Positions 62,509 through 64,000 of a DNA stretch of 64,000 nt are shown here, piece by piece. The DNA comes from Clostridiales bacterium. GTDB taxonomy: Bacteria > Bacillota > Clostridia > Oscillospirales > Acutalibacteraceae. Positions within the stretch are counted from its first letter, which is position 1. Each line of letters begins with the position of its first letter. The stretch spans positions 9,529-73,528 of the forward strand of contig JAAYSC010000028.1 in NCBI GenBank assembly GCA_012524025.1. Reading direction: 5' to 3'. The notes below the pieces were generated by a model, which worked only from the letters and a program-made list of their open reading frames with translations, was not told the origin of the DNA and did not search any database. The position numbers and the translations under genes are program-made.

Positions 62509-63288
62509 TTATTTACTGACTTTTTCAGCCAACTCGTCTATAACAAAGGCCAAGGCATGATCCTTGTGTGAGGGTGCCGATTTTTTCGCATGTGCTTTTA
62601 CATGATTGGGGGCATTGTCCGTTGCATAGCTTATATCCGCATCTTGCAACATGGTAATATCATTTTCATAGTCACCGACCGCTATGGTCGTGTGAATGCC
62701 CCGGCACAACTCACTCTTAAGCAAGAGCAAGCCATTGCCCTTACCGCTGTTTATGCAGTGCATTTCAAGCCCGTAGGGCCAGCTCCTGTTAAAGTGAAAA
62801 CGCTCGCCAAAAAGACTTATAGCCTCTGCCATGGCTCTTGCGGCATCCTCACTTTTGTGAAACCTAAAAAGGAGTTTGTAGACCTTGGTGTTTTCAAATT
62901 TATTCTTAATTTCACCGACCTTGCAATCATTGATAAGCTGATAATCATCCATGCCATAGGCCTCGTAATTTTTAATTTCATGGGCATGGTTTTGGTCAAA
63001 ATAGTCTATGACATCGCCATAGTGAGACTCTATAGGGAATTCTCTTAAAAGCTTGTCTTCCTTATGGTCATAAATCACGGTACCGTTGACACAAATAATC
63101 GGTGCATTGGGTGTGAAGGGAAAGTTGCCTATGTAATGGGGCATCCGGCCTGTCGCAAGCGTGAAAAGCCCCCCGCGAGCTTGGAAGTTAAATATGGCTT
63201 CCAGGTTGGCCGGTGAAACCTTACCGGTAGAATCGGTCAGGGTACCGTCAATATCGCTACATATGAGATAACCCTTGAAAATTTTAAT
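62509..63288 (-). CDS. Cof-type HAD-superfamily hydrolase with no canonical start codon upstream of the catalytic DxD
   Basis: The track ORF starts at Met 63144. The same frame stays open up to a TAG at 63289-63291 and encodes IKIFKGYLICSDIDGTLTDSTGKVSPANLEAIFNFQARGGLFTLATGR (HAD motifs I and II). The only ATT/ATA/CTC/CTG codons occur before motif I. GGGGG lies 3-9 nt upstream of two ATT codons (63286-63288 and 63280-63282). Confidence 0.65.
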   Translation of the reverse strand: MKIFKGYLICSDIDGTLTDSTGKVSPANLEAIFNFQARGGLFTLATGRMPHYIGNFPFTPNAPIICVNGTVIYDHKEDKLLREFPIESHYGDVIDYFDQNHAHEIKNYEAYGMDDYQLINDCKVGEIKNKFENTKVYKLLFRFHKSEDAARAMAEAISLFGERFHFNRSWPYGLEMHCINSGKGNGLLLLKSELCRGIHTTIAVGDYENDITMLQDADISYATDNAPNHVKAHAKKSAPSHKDHALAFVIDELAEKVSK

Positions 63289-63301
63289 CTACCCCCGTAT
63301 T

Positions 63302-64000
63302 TTAATAGCCTTCGGTCATAAAGAGTTTTTTATTGGGGAAAAGCTCAAACAGATCCTCTTTCTTGTCTCTGATTTCAAGATTACCGTATTCATACTCTTT
63401 TTCCAAAGAAGTATAGCCGATAAGAAAACGGGTTAAGGCCCTGACATCACAGCTTAAATCCGCCTCTTCTTCTGTGCGTTCCACCAGGGTTTTGCCGGCG
63501 CCGAAGCTGACCTTAAAGCTGTCATTATTCCAATCCAAGCTGTCGTCCTCAACCTTGATAACAAAGCTAAAACCTGCCCTAAAACTTAAAAGTTTTAAAA
63601 CTTTTTCAACATCGACAATCTTATTCATTCCGTAAGGGCTGACCTTTCTTTCCACCCTATCAATTTCCGGCACTATGAGTGAAAAGTCAATATCCAAGGG
63701 GAAGTCGCCCTTGAGGGTTTTGAAAACAGGATGAAAGACCGAAAGAAAACCCAGCAAAGCCTTGGCTCCTTCATAATTTTTAAAGGCAAATTCAAGAACC
63801 TTCATTTCGTTTGGCCCTTGGGGCGCGCTGTCATAAGCTATGTAAGCCGTCGCTTGGCCTTTTGAGTCATACCAAATATAGGTGCTGAAAAGTTCGGCAT
63901 AGGTGTCGTGGTCAAAAAGGGGTTTATAATCTTCTTTTTTGCGAACGACCGCTAAATTTTTGTCTTGAATATAACTTTCATAAATATCAATGAGAGTATC
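63302..64000 (-). CDS. C-terminal part of an Eis-like GNAT acetyltransferase (SCP2-like C-domain); gene continues beyond the right window edge
   Basis: The reading frame is open from the window edge: DTLIDIYESYIQDKNLAVVRKKEDYKPLFDH...YIAYDSAPQGPNEMKVLEFAF...LTRFLIGYTSLEKEYEYGNLEI... The layout resembles the central and C-terminal domains of Eis-family proteins. The assignment is tentative. Confidence 0.45.
   Translation of the reverse strand, partial: DTLIDIYESYIQDKNLAVVRKKEDYKPLFDHDTYAELFSTYIWYDSKGQATAYIAYDSAPQGPNEMKVLEFAFKNYEGAKALLGFLSVFHPVFKTLKGDFPLDIDFSLIVPEIDRVERKVSPYGMNKIVDVEKVLKLLSFRAGFSFVIKVEDDSLDWNNDSFKVSFGAGKTLVERTEEEADLSCDVRALTRFLIGYTSLEKEYEYGNLEIRDKKEDLFELFPNKKLFMTEGY

Noticed and set aside
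1-64000. Scan for CRISPR arrays, tRNA/rRNA genes, transposases, integrases and phage genes
   Set aside because: I saw no regularly spaced direct repeats, no cloverleaf-like GC-rich segments of 70-90 nt in intergenic gaps, and no DDE, tyrosine-recombinase or serine-recombinase-like ORFs. This was done by eye only, so small elements could have been missed.

Overview
The window looks like a Clostridia-type Firmicute chromosome. It is almost fully coding and mostly on the minus strand. All calls rest on reading the ORF translations, motifs recalled from memory, and promoter, SD and hairpin inspection by eye; no searches were run.

**Layout**
- **1-7.4 kb:** canonical S10 operon plus the start of the spc operon, rpsJ through rplF. 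rplF is cut by the window edge. A roughly 270-nt structured leader precedes rpsJ.
- **7.7-10.3 kb:** a lipoprotein, then three tandem genes for 42-52 aa leaderless anionic amphipathic peptides, each with its own SD and terminator hairpin. The peptides are too short for the ORF track. A NYN + OST-HTH/LOTUS protein follows.
- **10.3-26.3 kb:** a Wzy-type exopolysaccharide/capsule locus.
  - Genes in transcription order: CapD-like dehydratase, small phosphoglycosyl transferase, GT4/GT2/GT32 glycosyltransferases, EpsG-like polymerase, pyruvyl transferase, GH88/105-like hydrolase, CpsB phosphatase.
  - Two fused Wzz/BY-kinase paralogs close the locus; one has degenerate kinase motifs.
  - The glycosyltransferase core is visibly AT-rich, and no Wzx flippase is present.
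- **26.5-38 kb:**
  - an orphan small protein;
  - a cytoplasmic Cys-type sulfatase with an AAA/DUF4143 ATPase, behind a consensus promoter overlapped by a perfect palindrome;
  - a GGGtGRT protein and NifU-like protein immediately downstream of glnA;
  - HD 5'-nucleotidase, MgtC, two unknown membrane proteins, an SGNH hydrolase and DUF1846.
- **38-50 kb:** a secreted Big_2-domain protein of unknown catalytic family, PAP2 phosphatase, ABC exporter pair, pyruvate kinase, CE15-like esterase, DUF2284, GNAT, alpha/beta hydrolase and an HTH protein.
- **50.5-64 kb:**
  - a glycan-utilisation-like stretch: metallophosphoesterase, GH38 alpha-mannosidase, FAD oxidoreductase, alpha/beta hydrolase, ThuA-like protein, Cof-type HAD and an Eis-like GNAT;
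  - a cytoplasmic paralog of the 38-kb secreted protein;
  - gene decay: an EEP-family gene frameshifted at a G9 tract and a LarA N-terminal remnant.

I saw no rRNA, tRNA, CRISPR array, transposase or integrase.
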